From Vitrella brassicaformis CCMP3155 (lineage: Eukaryota; Protista; Chromerida), in NCBI GenBank assembly GCA_001179505.1, contig CDMY01000375.1:31215-95214 (forward strand): 64,000 bases of DNA, read 5' to 3'. This document shows, piece by piece, positions 63,382 to 64,000 of this stretch. The position numbers were made by a program, and so were the translations under genes. Numbering within the stretch: position 1 is the first letter of the stretch; each line of letters begins with the position of its first letter. Below the pieces are notes generated by a model that was not told where the DNA came from, did not search any database, and was given only the letters and a program-made list of their open reading frames with translations.

Positions 63382-64000
63382 CACCCGTTGAAGCATCAAC
63401 ATCACTGCTCGATCAATGCCTCATGAGAACAGAGGTGATGCGCCCTCTGGTGCCTCAGAAACCAAAAAGATCTGCCGCAGCGGAATGCGAGCTGAGATTG
63501 CAGGGAGACCGGTTTCACGGAGTGGTGAAGACAAAGCCTGGCAGATCTACGCAAGCTAAAGAACAAAGCTGAAGCGGAAGAGGTGGAAAACACGGTGCGC
63601 AGTTAGCATCTAGTTCTTTACATGGACTGACTACATCGCCTACCACCTCGAGTTCCACCCCCACTCAGTCAGACACTCAGACACACATTTCTCTGTTGTG
63701 GTCGATCATCTACAGCGAGTCAGTCAGTCTGTCAGTGATACAAAAAGACTGCACAGTCAGTCAGCGATCCATCCGCCACACCAGCCAGCCTAGTAGTATG
63801 TGTGTCGTCTCCCTCCCTCCCTCTCCCCCTCCCAATTTCAGTCCGTCCGTCTGTCCGCCGTCGACTGAAAAACCGATACGTACAAATAAACAAATCTACA
63901 CAGACCACCCCAATCCAATCAACCGCCGGCAGCAAGTAGCCAAGGCAGCGATTAAGCTAGTGCCAAGCCGCCCCACCCTCCTCAAGCCATCCATCCATCC

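Noticed and set aside
1-64000. Autonomous transposon, tRNA or rRNA genes
   Set aside because: No transposase, reverse transcriptase or Rep/helicase motifs and no RNA-gene signatures were recognised by eye.

Overview
Gene-dense, intron-rich eukaryotic nuclear DNA. It is GC-rich, with short GT-AG introns full of (CA)/(TG), (GACA) and (ATGG) microsatellites and two 300-N gaps. By inference it is a chromerid alveolate such as Vitrella brassicaformis, based on plastid-type bipartite leaders, lineage-typical F-box-like and ankyrin families, and intron style. About 20 spliced genes were reconstructed by eye: an RRM+SPOC protein, a HAD-like hydrolase, a Not3-N/UBA/SH3 fusion, a Zwilch-like protein, MRNIP, a Whirly-like protein, COG4, mitoribosomal bL34m, a conserved plastid protein, a C2-like protein, ZC2HC1, two alpha/beta hydrolases, an F-box-like protein, a SWIB protein and an organellar ValRS. 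There are also several pseudogenes and a mosaic of gene fragments at 29 kb. The highlights are a probable RZZ-subunit Zwilch homolog, a Not3-UBA-SH3-SH3 architecture, a Whirly/MRP-fold mitochondrial protein, introns with AC-rich 5' and GT-rich 3' halves, pervasive head-to-head gene pairing, recurrent 7-8 nt duplication lesions, and the shuffled fragment mosaic. Homology calls come from recalled motifs, not searches, and exon boundaries are approximate. Most entries in the ORF track are spurious antisense or microsatellite ORFs.
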